64,000 nucleotides of DNA from Raillietiella orientalis (GCA_036172245.1 JAYWIR010000005.1:3286001-3350000); one strand, 5' to 3'; numbered from the stretch's first letter, positions 48,501 to 61,617 are shown. Numbers and translations: made by a program. Notes: generated from the letters alone by a model not told the origin.

Positions 48501-51059
48501 TTTCGGGATGGCAGCGATGTTAAGATTTCAGGAATAATCGCAATTCCCGCTTTCTTCAGAACCAAATTACCAATTCCTCTTCCAGGATCTGGAAGGATCC
48601 ATTTCCAAACTGCGTTTTGCTGTGCATTTCTTCTTCATTAAAGAGAAAGTTAATTAACGGATAAACGAAAAGGAGGATATCACTTGGAAAGGTGACCTAG
48701 GCTTCCCTCTACACCGTCTTTCTAAGCTGACTGCTGTAGGCTCAAGAATCTTCTAGTGGGAAGCTTCGCAGCTTCATCAAGTATCAGCGAGCACAGGGCA
48801 CTGCCACCGTCATCTCCACGCATTTATCTGCAAAAACAAACAAACAAACAAGGCAAAGCAAACCGGAAAAAATCTTCAGGATTTGCTTTGTGTTGTCGTT
48901 CGTCAACGGAACGATTCAGCTGACTCTGCACTTGATTCAGTCTTTACCACAGATGACGACGTGAGCGACTAAAGAAGGGGGGGAAAAGGTCCTGTGTTTC
49001 TTTGCAGAAACTGCCTCGGCACCCCTGTCCGGTAACTACCATTAACACGTGCTCCTTCCTCTGATAAAGGAAATGAAGCAGTTCATTTAAGCAAGCACCT
49101 TGCTGGGAAGAACATACCTTCTACTCGCAAAAAAAAAAAAAAAAATGAAGATGCAGTGCATCAGGAGAAGAATTGGGTTACAGATTTGAACGGCATCTTC
49201 TTACGTTTACCTCGTGAATGAACGTGGGTAAGCATTGGTCCTGCAAATCTAAGGATTGTGCATGGTTACAAGAGCAGAAGTTTCGCTTAAATCTTGCACG
49301 CTCTCGTCCTAAGCTGGAAACGACTGGAGACCCATTCAGGTGATGCTTCGATCACTTTGCTCAGAATGAGGGGCCTTGGCTGTCGTTCTGAACAAAGTGG
49401 TGGACTCTTCGTAAGAAGCTACCCAGTGAGTAGACGGAGCTCGGACACGCCTGCTTCTTCCGATAGTCGATTCGAATCTGGCAGCAGTGCAGCACAAGTT
49501 GTCGTCAAGGAGCTCGAGCTGCTTTCCAATTCACTCTCTCCAGCTGTTTGGCTGCCAATTTTTTAAGGACCACACAATTCATTTCCAGCTGTCAGCAGCC
49601 TGGTGACTTATGAAAGGTTTGGGTAATCCAGGGCTGCCGAACACATTCGAATCGGACGGTAAAACGTCTTCGTTCCGCCTTTTTTGATTGATAAAATTAT
49701 CTAATCTATTTTTCTCCCTGCGTCATTCCTACACAAGGCACGTGAAGATTGGGCATGCTGAAAGGCAGCGTGGCTGTGATTGGACGGCATTGGATGGAGT
49801 GCAGTGCTATTTAGCATCATTCTTTAAGATCCACGTACAAAATTAGATAAGCGTTTAATTTAACCCAACAGAATAGATCACAGTGTATATTTCTTAACAC
49901 GCATGTGTTCCGTCAGTTCATTATTGTTTAGCCAACCACATAATGCTGGTACGTGATGCAAGATTTATAATTACCTCCTGGGAAGAAAAATTTGGACCTG
50001 CTTGGAACACCCTTAAATCTTTAGGAGGCTGATGCACACATAATGTTCTGTAATCTGGTAGGAGTCAACAAGAGTGCAACCAAGATTTTGGAAGAGTTAC
50101 CGAAGAATTGCATCGAGGGAGAAGCGGCGAGCGCGATTTCTAGCTTTCGGCCACTGCATGCGGCACTTACGTTGAAACACCGATGGTCCCTCGACTTTCG
50201 CAGTGTCCATCTTTTGCTTCCTGCTTCTGCCTCTCGCATGGGTTGAATGGAACTTGGGAAAAAGTTGGCGTTCCGAAAGCTGAGGTTCCATTTTACCTTC
50301 CGCTTTCCTTCAAAGACCTTCCTGCCTCCGAAGCAAGCCCTGGAACGCTGTCGGTACTGACACGCTGTCGGAAAAACTGCTCTTGTCGCTGCTCTTCGAG
50401 AATCCTGAGGAACCCCTCCGTAATGCCACTTCTGTCTTCCTCCAGGAGCACGCCGTCGTCCGTCTGCTCTGGGAATTTCTCAGATGTGCGTCTCTTGCCG
50501 TCCCCCACTTCCCACGGACGGATATCCCCAAGCCTTTGTTTCTAACCCCGGGAGACCACACATCTTTTCTTCGTGATCCTCCACGCTTGAATTCCCAAAT
50601 TCTGTTTTTTTTGTTTCCGCTTTGCAAATCGCTAGCGCGTACGATGGCATCCTTCGTGCCAAGTGCGCAGCGTGCGGGGGGTCACCCTGCGTGAACGCAG
50701 CTCTGCATCCGACACGGCCATCCGTTGTTTTAGAAAGACTCCAGTTTCGGGTGGCTCCATCCGAAATTCTCCAGAAGAGGAAAGGGAAGGACGGGAAAAA
50801 CAAGACGAGCACCCATCCGATCCCTTTCCTCCTTTCCCCTCCTTCCATTCAAGCGATTACTACTTGATTACTAATTCCCTCTGCGTTCCCAGAAGGGGTT
50901 GCAGCCATCTCGATCCCATAATTAAATAAAGAGGTCTTCGTTTCCCTTTTTATTTGGACTGCTTTAATCATCGTGGAGCACCGCCTAGGAGGGCATCCTC
51001 ATTACTAGCTGGACCCTCTAAGCATCTGCTGCTCCATCCTCTCCTCTCTGTGCATCATC

Positions 51060-51715
51060 ACCCCGTCCCGCGAAAATTGGCTTCAGCCCGCCTAATGGAG
51101 GCCTGCGAGGTTCTGCGTGACGTCACGCAACCCGAAGCTCGCGCACCAAGTCCGCTGCGTGGCTCTTCGGAACGAGGCCGGTTTCCTCGCCACCGAATGC
51201 AGCACCGAGAGCTGGCACGCCGGAGGAAAGCAATGGGAGGCTTCCCGTTTCCTTTCGGAGTTTCGCCCCCGAGAGAGAGTCCTCCGACCCTCCCTCTCCC
51301 CCTTCCAAGAGCTCCCGTGGCAACTGGAAAAATCCACCGCGACAGCCCTCTTCGGGCGACCCACCACCGAGACGGGAGCGCCGAGGACCTCTCTGGAGGG
51401 CTCGGACGCCCCCCATCGCTGCTGCTACTGCTTTTCCGAAGGTTCAGAGGGGAACGTTCGTGAGGGAGCTGGGTCATCTCGCAGCCGGAGTGCGTCAGCG
51501 CACCTTGAGAAGAGCTTTTCTCTCGAATCCAAGAGGGCATCACCCACTGGAGACGAGGCCTCGCCATCCCCCCTCCGTCCCTCACTCCTGTCGCTCTAGC
51601 TCTTACGCGAGATGAAGGCGCATCTCTTGCTCGTATCCTCGTGTGCAATCGTTGAGGATCTCCACCACCACTCCTTCGCATTAAAATGAAATAAAATAAA
51701 AAATTAATTTAAAAA
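51060..51715 (+). mobile_element. Decayed LINE 3' end with A-rich tail
   Basis: RES...FQELPWQL resembles the ESxxH...LQELCWRL of the 58-kb copy; ends in AAATAAAATAAAAAATT (~51689-51715). Confidence 0.4.
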
Positions 51716-51880
51716 CAAACTGCCCCTCGGCTCCCCTCCTCCCCCCATCCTACTGATTATCATTTGCGAAGCCATCTATATCTCAGCCCGATTTTCAACT
51801 TGTCCCACTGCCGCTCCAGCAACAGCAGTTTACTCAAACAAAGAATTCCATTGTGTCTCCTCCGTCACGATGGTAACCAG

Positions 51881-51918
51881 ACCGCACTTTGATCTTAGCC
51901 AAAAGACCGAGGAGCGAC
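51881..51918 (-). pseudogene. U2: U2 snRNA 5' fragment (~37 nt), possibly a longer decayed U2 pseudogene
   Basis: Minus strand GTCGCTCCTCGGTCTTTTGGCTAAGATCAAAGTGCGG versus U2 ATCGCTTCTCGGCCTTTTGGCTAAGATCAAAGTGTAG: 32/37 identical, all differences transitions. Confidence 0.85.
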
Positions 51919-54209
51919 CCAAGAAGCTCCTTCGTCCTGGACGTGCGCGACCATTTATTCACAAAGTTCCCTCAAGGAAACACGGCAGTCTGAGTCAGAC
52001 CCGGATCCATGGGTTACGAACCTCGTAGTGGAGGAGTGGGAACTGCTTGGCGGGAGGACGGGTCGACGAAGAAACAAAGGGAGAAGCAGGGAAGAGGACG
52101 AGCTGGTGTCCGCCGACGTCCGAGGGCCTTCGTCGGGAACGCTTTCCCAACCGGTTCAAGGCAGTTCAACGTCACCATCCTCCAGGAGAGAGGGGAAATG
52201 AATGTCCCCAAGGAATGCGCCCACCGATCATGGTAACCCTACCTCACGTGCTCCTTCGGTGAGGATAGCTGGGAAAGGGTGGAGGCGACATCTCAGAGAC
52301 ACGCTGGTCCCCCGATGCTTCCCGCAGGGCCTGTTTAAATACATGCGCACTTCTGCATATGCCGATCTTCCGCTACGCGAGTATGACAGTGACCATCGTC
52401 CCGGAGAGCCCCTGCAAATCGGAGAACGGAGAGAGGAAGCGGAGAGCCGCTGCAATCGCCATCGCCTACGTGCGACGGGTAGAGAAGCGACTCAGTCTGG
52501 AATGCGGGATGCGAGGACACCTCACACTTTGCCTGCCCAGAGTGGACCCTCGGATCAGGGGATGTTCATTACCGCGAGGTGGAATCCGTCCCAAACCCTA
52601 TTTATTTTCTGGCGGCGCTCCCACTTCTGTCCACCAGCGAGCCCTGGTCCTCCGCGAGCCTCGGACCGGCACATGTCGGCTCGCTTCGATCGTCCCGGTG
52701 ATGTGGGAAGGGGATTCTCCAGGAGGGAGCACGGAGGAGGTCTCAGCGGCGGGATGGACTGAGTCCCGTGAAGGGATGAAGAGTGTCGGTCGGTCGGTCA
52801 GTCGTTCTCGGCAGGGGACGCCTGAAGGGAAGGAGCTCCTGAACCTCGACCGCGGCCCAACTCCGACCTATTCCCCCAGGGGTGCTCAGGCCGGCATGCA
52901 AAGCGGAGGGAACTCCCTGAGTTGCGGTGGGGAGCGGGGAGGAGACAAAGGCGAGGAGACCGAGAGATGCCGCTTCCTGTGCCTCTTCGCTTGCAAGACT
53001 CCTCCCTGCCCCCCCGTTGCACAGCGTTCCCTCCGCGCATGCGTGCTCACCGGCGAAAAGTCGCCTTCCTGCCTCCTCCCTCTTCCCTCTTTGCAGTTGC
53101 CGGGGGTGCTGGCGTCACTGCCTCCTCCTGCGGCGCCTCACTGCTGAGACGAAGAGTCTGCGCCCTGGAGATCTGCTTTGCCCGCCACGCCGCCGCTTCA
53201 CTGGTGGCTCAGCGCCGTCGTGTACTCCTTTGGGAGACTCCCCAGAAGAAATGAGCGTGGATGCTGCCTAGCGTTGGGTCCGGAGAGAGATACGCGAAGA
53301 GACGGAGGGAGAGGAAGTCCCTGTCAGTCCTCCCCGTATCCCCCCCAACCGGTCCTTGCACGGTGACGGCGACCACCTCCCTCGCTGCTGGAGTCCAGCG
53401 AGGCCATCTTTTTGTCGCAGCGCAGAGATGGCTAGAAGAAAAGTGGCGTCACCTGCCCCGTCCGACGCAGTGCCTCCTGAGGCGCGAGCTGCTGCCTCCG
53501 TGCTGCAGATGCAGTAGATTCGAGGTGCGAGACGACTGCTGCAGCTGCAGAAAGCCCGTCTGAGACGAAGAAACTCGCTGGTCCTTGTGAATACCGGAAG
53601 AAGGACAATGTCGTCCGGCAGCTGATGACTCCGATCCGTGCCTGACGCATATCGGAGAAGCTCGTCCTCCCGTCTCTGGTCGCGACTCCTATCTAAGGGG
53701 GAGGCCCCGGAGCAAGGAAGAGAATTGTCGTCGGTTGCCTAGCAAAAGTCGTCTGGTGGAGGCAACGGGAGAACCACCAGTTCCTCTAGGTGGAAGCTCA
53801 ATGGAGGGCCGACTCGTGATCCGGCCGTCCGCCTGGGCGTGACTTCGGAGTGGCCTCTTCATGTGCCTGGGCTGCTGTTCCACTTCTGAGGAGTTTCCCT
53901 GCGATGGTGCGCTTCACGGGCCATCAACTTCTGCACGTGGCCTCAACCGAGCGCACTGCCAACAGGAATTCCGCCCGTCAAAAGTGGCATCGTCCGCATG
54001 CGCAAGGAATGAGCAGTTTGGTTAAAGCCCCTTCAGCATGACGTGGACCAGCGCACGTTCAACTCCCAAGTTACCAGCCATCGTAATGATGAGTTGGTAA
54101 ACAAATGAAAAGGATTGATGACAGAACACTGGAATCCGATGGCTTTCAATCAACCGATCTCCGGAGAAGATTCCAGCCTCCGAACTGATCTTGCACAGTA
54201 AGGCGACGA

Positions 54210-54650
54210 ACGGGTGATCCCACTGGACATAGCCTGCCCATCTGAAACCAATTCAGAGGCCCTAAAACTACAGGAAGAGGAAGGAAAGGGAATACTGCTG
54301 CTAAAGGAGCGCCCGCCTTGGTACGATTTACCGTCGCGAGATTGTTGGGTGCGTGGTACCTACGCCCCATGGGAGAAGGTCCCCACTGCGGGGATAGCGG
54401 GAACTTTGCCTCACGTGCTCCTTGAGTGCGTAAGGCTGGGTCGGGGATGGGAGCTCATCGCAGAGGCACGCCGGTATCCCCGATGCCGGGCTCCAGGCGA
54501 GGGCAAAGAGCTGAAAGAACTCGAAATCGAACGGAGGAGAGCCGAGTGACCCACGAAGGGGAACGGCATGCAGGAGTACTCGCGACTCCCGGGGAATGTA
54601 CCCGAACCATCGGAAGGGACACCACGTGGGGCAAGCAGAAAAATTCCTAG
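54210..54650 (+). mobile_element. Decayed LINE zinc-knuckle (zf-RVT-like) fragment
   Basis: GTLPHVLLECVRLGRGWELI matches the ETxxHxLxxCxxxxxxW motif. Confidence 0.5.
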
Positions 54651-54859
54651 CTCCTCCTACTAGAAGAATAGAGGTGGTGGAAACTGTAGTGGGAATTGTG
54701 GAAGTTGCAGAAAATTTCCCGGGCATTCTCTGCGACCCTCTGCCACGAGTCTTCCAGCAAACGTGAGCGTCACGACAATGGAAAACACAACCTGCAACTT
54801 CATCCGGCAACTGTCGGCCCTCTCTCGAGCGGGCGCCCAGTACTGTGACCAGAGGTATG

Positions 54860-55270
54860 GCGGATGCGGGGTCTGCTTATTCGTGAACTGAGTCTCGGAT
54901 CCCCGAGATAGATTCCCATGAGACGATGTTCAAGGCCGTGGGCGCTTCCAGGTCTGCTCCCGGGTGCGTCTTCCGTCTTCCTCCATGCATGGAGCTCGCA
55001 GAGGCCATCACCAAGAGGTCCACTGGTTCTCCGAGGGAGGTCATCCGATTCAGAGGAAAGACCGAGGCGCTTCATCCTTCCGAAACTGCATGGAAGAAGG
55101 TGCCCGGGACCCACTTAGCCGACCGCACGCTCTGGGATCTGGTTCCAAGCGCTGGACCAGTCCGTGGAACTGAGCGGTTGCAGTCCCAGCCACCCTCACT
55201 GTCTCGACTCCGAAGCGAAGCCGCAACGTCCTTCGAATGGACTTTGGACCCCGCAGAGCAAACGGACGTT
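54860..55270 (+). mobile_element. Decayed Tx1-like LINE C-terminal fragment
   Basis: HPSETAWKKVPGTHLADRTLWDLVPSAGPVR resembles xIWQNASSPELSNKHxDxAWLVxRxALPVR. Confidence 0.45.
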
Positions 55271-57169
55271 CCCTAGGAGAGAGTGGGCCCTGGTCTCCTC
55301 GTAGTTCGGAGCAAGAAAAAAAGTAGGGGTAGGAGGAGGAGGCAGCGACAGAGGTCAGGAACGTTCGAGAAGAAAATGCGCCTCCGTCGTGGTCATGATC
55401 GCTAATCCGACCCAAGACCGTCCCTTCCGCACCAACCACTCACGGGGTGACCCCAGCACGCTTCGCGTTGAGGCGACCGGGATCGCTCCAGTGTCCCCCG
55501 GTTCGGGAGGCGGAACGATGCTTCTCCTGTGAGTCTTCTGCATGTGAAAAAATGTGAACGATGAGGAAGCAGGCAAGGGTGTCCCCTCATGAGGTTCCTA
55601 GGCAGCGGTGGGGGGGGAGTCCACGCCCCTTTGCGATGCACCTCCCGTCCACTCCTCAGCTGTCTCCTCTCCTGGGAGCGGCAGCTCCTTAGCCCAGTCT
55701 CCTCTCCTGAGAGAGACAGGGGATTCCTGCCGCTCCCAGGAGCTTTCGATTCTGAGACCTCCACGCTGGTCGCGTCCTTCGGGAATCTTCCTCCCAGCCT
55801 TTCTTCACTCGCTATGGAGGTGGTAGAAAGAGGACAACGTACCTGGTAAAGATCCCGGTATCCTGTGGGAAGAGGCTGGAAAAAGCCACATTTACGCATG
55901 ATACTCTGAGAACGAGTAGCAGCATTAAGGCTCAGGACAGAGTTCCTGGAAACGGACGTGCACGTCCGTTGCAGCCAGCGGCAAGTCTCCTGGGACCGTT
56001 CCCCACCGTCTGAAGGAAAATTTCGTCAGAAGACAGGAAGTACTACCGGCAGTGATGCGGGTCCTTTGAAAATGGTGAAAACGAAAAAAAAATAAAAAAT
56101 CGATTACGCTGTGCTCTACTGGGGAAGGGCTGTGTGGTTGCAGCAGCGCCACAAGCGGCCGGTATTTCTGATCTCGCAATGTACCCTCACATCTGTCCGT
56201 TTGAAGGGTTGTTCTGCTGAAAAACGAGGGATTGCCAGCAAGGATATTCTTGCGTATCCTTGCATCTCCTTGTCTCTGAATACCCCTAGCCGGAGCTGAT
56301 TTCATGAATTAAAGGCCAGCGAAAGCCTGGGGGAATAAAGGAAAAAGCAGCCCAACGTCAGGCGTGCAAAAAGAAATCACCGTGATGATGCAGCGCACAT
56401 GTGCACAAAGGCTTTGCGATGAATCGGCGATTCACAATAAATAAATTATATAGCACTGAAAGCACTGATTGGCTGTTTCCTAAACTGGAATCCTGGATTT
56501 GAGTGTACTGCAGCTGCTGCACCCAAAGGATCAGACAGTCTCGTGAGGGGACACCAATCAACCGCTTCTGCGCCGCCTTTCCAGGACGAGCAATAAATCC
56601 CTCAAGAAAGAGATGCTTGAAAGTAAAAGCTCCTCCTCAAAGACAAAACATCACATTTCTTCGATATTCATGTCGCCACTTATGGATTCGTTCTCTCCAT
56701 TAGGAATCAGCAGTGAACCTGAACTTAATTAGGTAATTACTGACGGACAAACGAGGTCACGATCTTCATTCATTATCGCCTATTTCACCCGTCCTTTCAA
56801 AACAAACGGCCTTTGTAATGGATGACGAAACTTCACGAGCAGTGATTAGTCACTTTCAGAACGTGATTTTTTGTAAACAAGAATAGGTGGGGGATGCGTT
56901 TGTCATTCTCGCTGCATCCATCAAATGCTTCGAAGATTGCATTAAGCAAATGAAATGGTCATGTTTGGGTTCCTGCGTCAGAGACGCACCACGGAGACAA
57001 CGTGATGTGGGAGTCGCAAGGGAAAATGCGCCAAAATTCGGGGTTGCCTCGAACTCTGATCAAGTGCTTGGACCACGGCTAGCAAACGGGCTCTTTCGAC
57101 TACTTTGGAGAGGGCTCCTGGATCTCAAAACCTTAAGGTTCAGACAGGGAAGCTCTGACGGATTCGCTC

Positions 57170-57560
57170 ACTAGCTGGAAAAGTTTCCGGAATCGGAGAA
57201 AGGGTCAAAACGGCAGATGTTTGGAAAGGGTACAACGGAGCGAGACGTTGCTGAGAAACTGAAGGAACCCTGCAAGACTTTCTGATCTAGCAGCTTCCGG
57301 CAGTTGTGAGAGAACACAGGACGTCGGAACACTGGAAGCTTTCCAGTGCAAGAAGCTTCTCTCTTTGTTCGGAAGTGAACTACAGCGGGAGACGAAGTGG
57401 CCGTGATCAAAAAGACGGAAGCATAGAAAGGCCATCTTCTCAGTGTATTCCTGGCTTTCTAGCTCCCTGAATGCAGTCCACCCTCTAGGAATAATTTCGA
57501 AGGAAAGCCAGTGGATACGTTTGAGAAAAATGTAGATTCCGAAACCCCACGGGCGAGAAT
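57170..57560 (-). mobile_element. Decayed L1/Tx1-like LINE RT thumb fragment
   Basis: GFGIYI, RGWTAFRELES and RSFLHWKASSVPTSCVLSQLPE. Confidence 0.4.
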
Positions 57561-57589
57561 GATTTTTCACCCGGTAACGCCAGGGCATT

Positions 57590-58190
57590 TCTCTGATAAA
57601 AATAAACAAACGGTTTTGGGACAGAGTTCCCGAAACTACAACAAAAAGAAGTTCAATGGGAGGGTTCATCCGCACGCTGGTCATTTCTGGGCAGTCCGAA
57701 GCGGAAGGGAAGGAAGCGGACAATGAATAGATAAATAACAAGGGTGGGAATAGGGATCTTTGTCTTGGAACGCTTCTTCCTGCTCGGGCGCGGAATGGCG
57801 GTGATCTTCGACATCTCTTCTTCCAGGTGAGACCACCTCGCTGTCGTCCTCATGCAGGCGACTGCCATGCGGGTGACCTCCCTTCTCTGAACCCGAGGCT
57901 CCAGCACATGGAAGTCTGTGAAAATGGTGCGCGGAGGCAGGATGCCGTCGCAATCCACGGCTCCTGATGAGACCCCGCCTCCTTCGAAAGATAGCTGTAG
58001 GAAGTCCTTGGAAGTGTCCTCAGGGTGCAGGAGCTCTGAAGTCAGTCTCCAACAGAGTTCTTGGAGGACACTGCAGTCGGCTAAAGGGTGTAGGGACGAT
58101 TCAATCGCCCTGCACCTTAAACAGTAAGGGGACGTAGCTCCCCCAAACCAGGTTCCTAAGCCGGTTTCACTGGAAATCTCAGTTTCCACT
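57590..58190 (-). mobile_element. LINE 3' end (zf-RVT-like knuckle plus 3' UTR)
   Basis: SPYCLRCRAIESSLHPLADCSVLQELCW (CCHC); C-terminal AVACMRTTARWSHL; T-rich 3' UTR. Confidence 0.7.
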
Positions 58191-58194
58191 TCAA

Positions 58195-58335
58195 AAGGGG
58201 GACACAGAACGGCTCACGCACAAAGGAGGGACTAAGAGTTCTTCGGGAAGGGGGGAGGGTCACTCAACAGGTCGCTCCAACGAAGCGGTCCCTTCGCTTG
58301 ATGGCGCGGAGTGGATCGTTGCTCGGGTGCTCCGG
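58195..58335 (-). mobile_element. Very short LINE 3' remnant of the same family
   Basis: Encodes TIHSA and, after a frameshift, LRWSDL (58282-58268), matching GIHFA...RWSDL of the adjacent copy. Confidence 0.45.
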
Positions 58336-58339
58336 GGAA

Positions 58340-59430
58340 TTCATTTCATATAAAAACAATAAACAATCATAGTCTCTCTGTGTGGACCAGTAGTCCAACC
58401 ACGTGCAATTTGACGGGAGTCTGCCGGTTTACCGGTATGTGGACAGGCGAGACCCGCCACGGCAGCAGAAGGGAGGGGGCAAACAAAAGGAAAAAATAAA
58501 TAAACAAATTTGAGGGGTGCGGGAAGGGATCATGTTGTGCTGGGGGCGGTTCTCTACATCCTCTGTAGGATGTCGGCAGACTCTTGCTGTATGGTGATGT
58601 TCAGGTCGGACCACCTCGTTGCCATCCTCATGAATCGGACGGCGAAATGTATGCCATCCTTGTCGCTGTATCCTCCTCTTGCGTCGCTCCAGGCAACTAC
58701 AATCTCGCGTAGGCAGCATAGAGCTGCTAGCAAGGCTGCCCGCCGAAGGGCGTTCAGTAGGAGGAGGGGACTTAAAGAGCCCCTGGAGTTGCGGCCGGGG
58801 GTACCTAGGATCGCGGCAAAGAGTTCCCAGAGGGGCTGCAGGGCAACACAATCGACAAGCAGGTGAAGGAGGGATTCGCGCTCCCCGCACCTGCCATAAT
58901 TCGGGTTTACACCATCACCCCGTGTCCAGTGATGACAGCAGGAGCTGCACGGGAGGCTCCAGTGCAGCAGCAGCAGCGTCGACTCCTGACACTTTAACGG
59001 GAGGGTGTGCGTGTCCAAAAGCACTGGGGGCTACTGCAGGTCTTCATCAGGAATATCTAGTAGCTCGCCCCAGCGCAAAAGTCCTCGGAGTGGGACCCTC
59101 GAGGTCGCAGAGTCTGTAAGCTGGCCCGTTTTCCACTCGCCCAGCCCTTTTCCCCTGGTGATTTTCACAGTAATCTTCCCTCTAGCCGCAAGGTTGCTGC
59201 CCACATGTTCCCTAAGGGAGGGCAGCGCGGCGGCAAGGGAGATAACGCGGAGTGGAGATATCCACCAGCCCACCTTCCAGACGCCCAGAAGTCTGGTCAT
59301 CCCTGAAGTTGTGCAGAACTTCCACCCTACAGGTTGGCAACTGTCGCTGCTTGCTTTTAGGGAAGACAGCTCTGCGGAAAGAAGTGTGACGTCCAAATGG
59401 GCCAGAATAGTCACAGAGAGTACCTGAAGC
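58340..59430 (-). mobile_element. LINE 3' portion (ORF2 C-terminus with zf-RVT-like knuckle plus 3' UTR)
   Basis: Reading frame interrupted by one stop: ...WGELLDIP...LLLLHWSLP...RCGERESLLHLLVDCVALQPLW...AVRFMRMATRWSDL. Confidence 0.75.
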
Positions 59431-61614
59431 TTATTTTTTTTCATTTGGAACTGGTGAAGTAGACTAAACCATTCAGGAGTGTTGACAACGCCATTTGGAG
59501 AAGTCCAAGTCCAAGCCTTAAAGGGTTTAATTTTCTCTGTGGATCGTGAGATTCCCACTCTGTAAAATTCGGACAACGTATTTCAACTTGAATGGAACAG
59601 GAGGATTTAGGTGGTCCAGGTATTCTCCATCTCATGAAGGTGGAAAAAGAGAGTCTTTGTCTAGTTACTTTGCGGCGGACATAACATACGAGACTCAGCC
59701 ATAACAGCGCAACAGCAACATTCTTCGGAACTCATTGTGTGAGCGAAGAAATCGAAAAATGGAGTTTCTATGAAATGACCTGATTGGTGAATCACTTTCT
59801 GCACGCAAGCTCTCGAGAACGTCAGCTGCCAGGATGGGCGCATGATGCATTACAGCATGCGAAAGGCTCCGAACAAAGCGAGAGAATGCAGATTGAAGTC
59901 GTACTCGGATGAAATAAGTGAGTGCATGGTTTGAACTTTTCAGCACTGCAGTCATCTCAGGGCATGAAGATGACTTTCCTCTCGCGAGACGGAGAACAGA
60001 TCCTCGTTCGGTAGTGACGGAGTGGAACGACACAGAGTGTACAAGCAAGAGATTAATCAGAAGCGCCTCAAATCTAACAGCAAGTGGCGCCGCGTGCCTC
60101 ACAAAGCATTCGAAAATTACTTTGGCATTAGCGGAAAGAAACGGCGGACTAGAACGTTCTCGATGGATGTCACGGTTCTTCTGAGCAGGACATACAGAAA
60201 CATTATTTCATAAGGTGGAAACTTTTTATCAGACCAACTGTCAAACCCAGTAGATATTTACCTCTCTAACTTGACGAACGAAGCAAACAGTAGTGACCTC
60301 CTTCAGTTGAAGGCGTTGTCGTCTGTTGGCAGCACTTGAGCACGATGGAATTGGGGAAGGATTCCCCTAACGCTCAGCAAACGATGGGTAGTTCATTTCT
60401 CGAAAGGTCGCCTCCATAAGGCGAGGCTGCGAAATAGTAAGGAAAGGTTCAGAGTTTGTCCGCAGCAAAGGTGGAGGAATACTCTGTTGCTGACTGTTGT
60501 TACGTAGAGAAGGAAAAACGTCAGTACGAAGAGCTCTCTTCGTCCGATCTCAGGACCGATGTACGAATCCGTTGTGGAACTTGCTTCCTCAGCTGATGTT
60601 AAGGGACCTATTAAGCAGGACCGGCGGATGAATCTGTTCAAATGGACCTCGGTGCTCTTGCTTTACTTCTGAGTAGGGAAGAAAAGAAACTGTTTCTTCA
60701 GAAATGTACCCAAGGACTCGTCTGAGCGTCTGACAGGGAAAGCACCGGGCATTCGTTTCACTCTATTTTTTCCATCCTCGGCATTCCACGAGTTTCTCGC
60801 TGATTTTACACCTTAGTAAGAAGTCTGACCCCCTTTGACATTTCTCTTCGACAGTGTCCATGATTCACTTTACTATATGTCCTTGATATTTTTTGGTTTG
60901 TTTTCCAGGCAGTCCTCAAATGAATGCAAACCTACTGCCGATCTTTGTCAACATGACGGCAGCATTTGCTTTGGGAATGATATCGTTAAAACGATGAATG
61001 ATTGGTGAATCGCTTGTTTTTCCCCCCTTCTTTTTGTTAACTAACAGACAAACGAAAAGAGTGCAAGTAAAACTTTTCTGCGCTCTTACATCTGGGATAA
61101 GGAACAAGAATTTTGAGATTGGTTTAGCGCATGGGTCGTCCACTCAGTTTTCCGATCGGAATTGTGTGTAGGGACTGGGGCTTAGATGTCCCTTTTGCTT
61201 ACCGCAAGGGTCTCTGTGCATTTGATTTGCATCGAAACGAGGCTCACCACTTTGTTTAGAGGCTTGCCAGAATCCCAAGCACGGGCTGGGTTTGGCTTGC
61301 AGATTTGTTAATCGACAAAAGTGCTCCCTTCTCTCCCAACCATCTCCCATCCCCCCACTGTATCGATTTTTCTCCACTTACCTAATCCTCCCTCTCGTCC
61401 ATTTTTAGATCTACGTTCTCCCTCCTAGCGTTTCATCATGGATGCAGGAGGCGATGCAGAATTCTGCCGCCATACAGTTCTTCCACGCCGTGTGTTTCGG
61501 AGCTCCTCTCCAGGAGGTGCCATACTTAGGAGACTTTCTGTGTTTGAATCTAAATTTCTGCTTAGATCGTTACCTCAGTGATCTGTAAACAAAGCAAAGA
61601 CGATTTAATGTTTC

Positions 61615-61617
<3 letters not shown>

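Noticed and set aside
57960..57995. CTGATGA...GAAA hammerhead-like core
   Set aside because: Stem II cannot form, and it lies antisense within a LINE ORF; other CTGATGA sites checked also failed.
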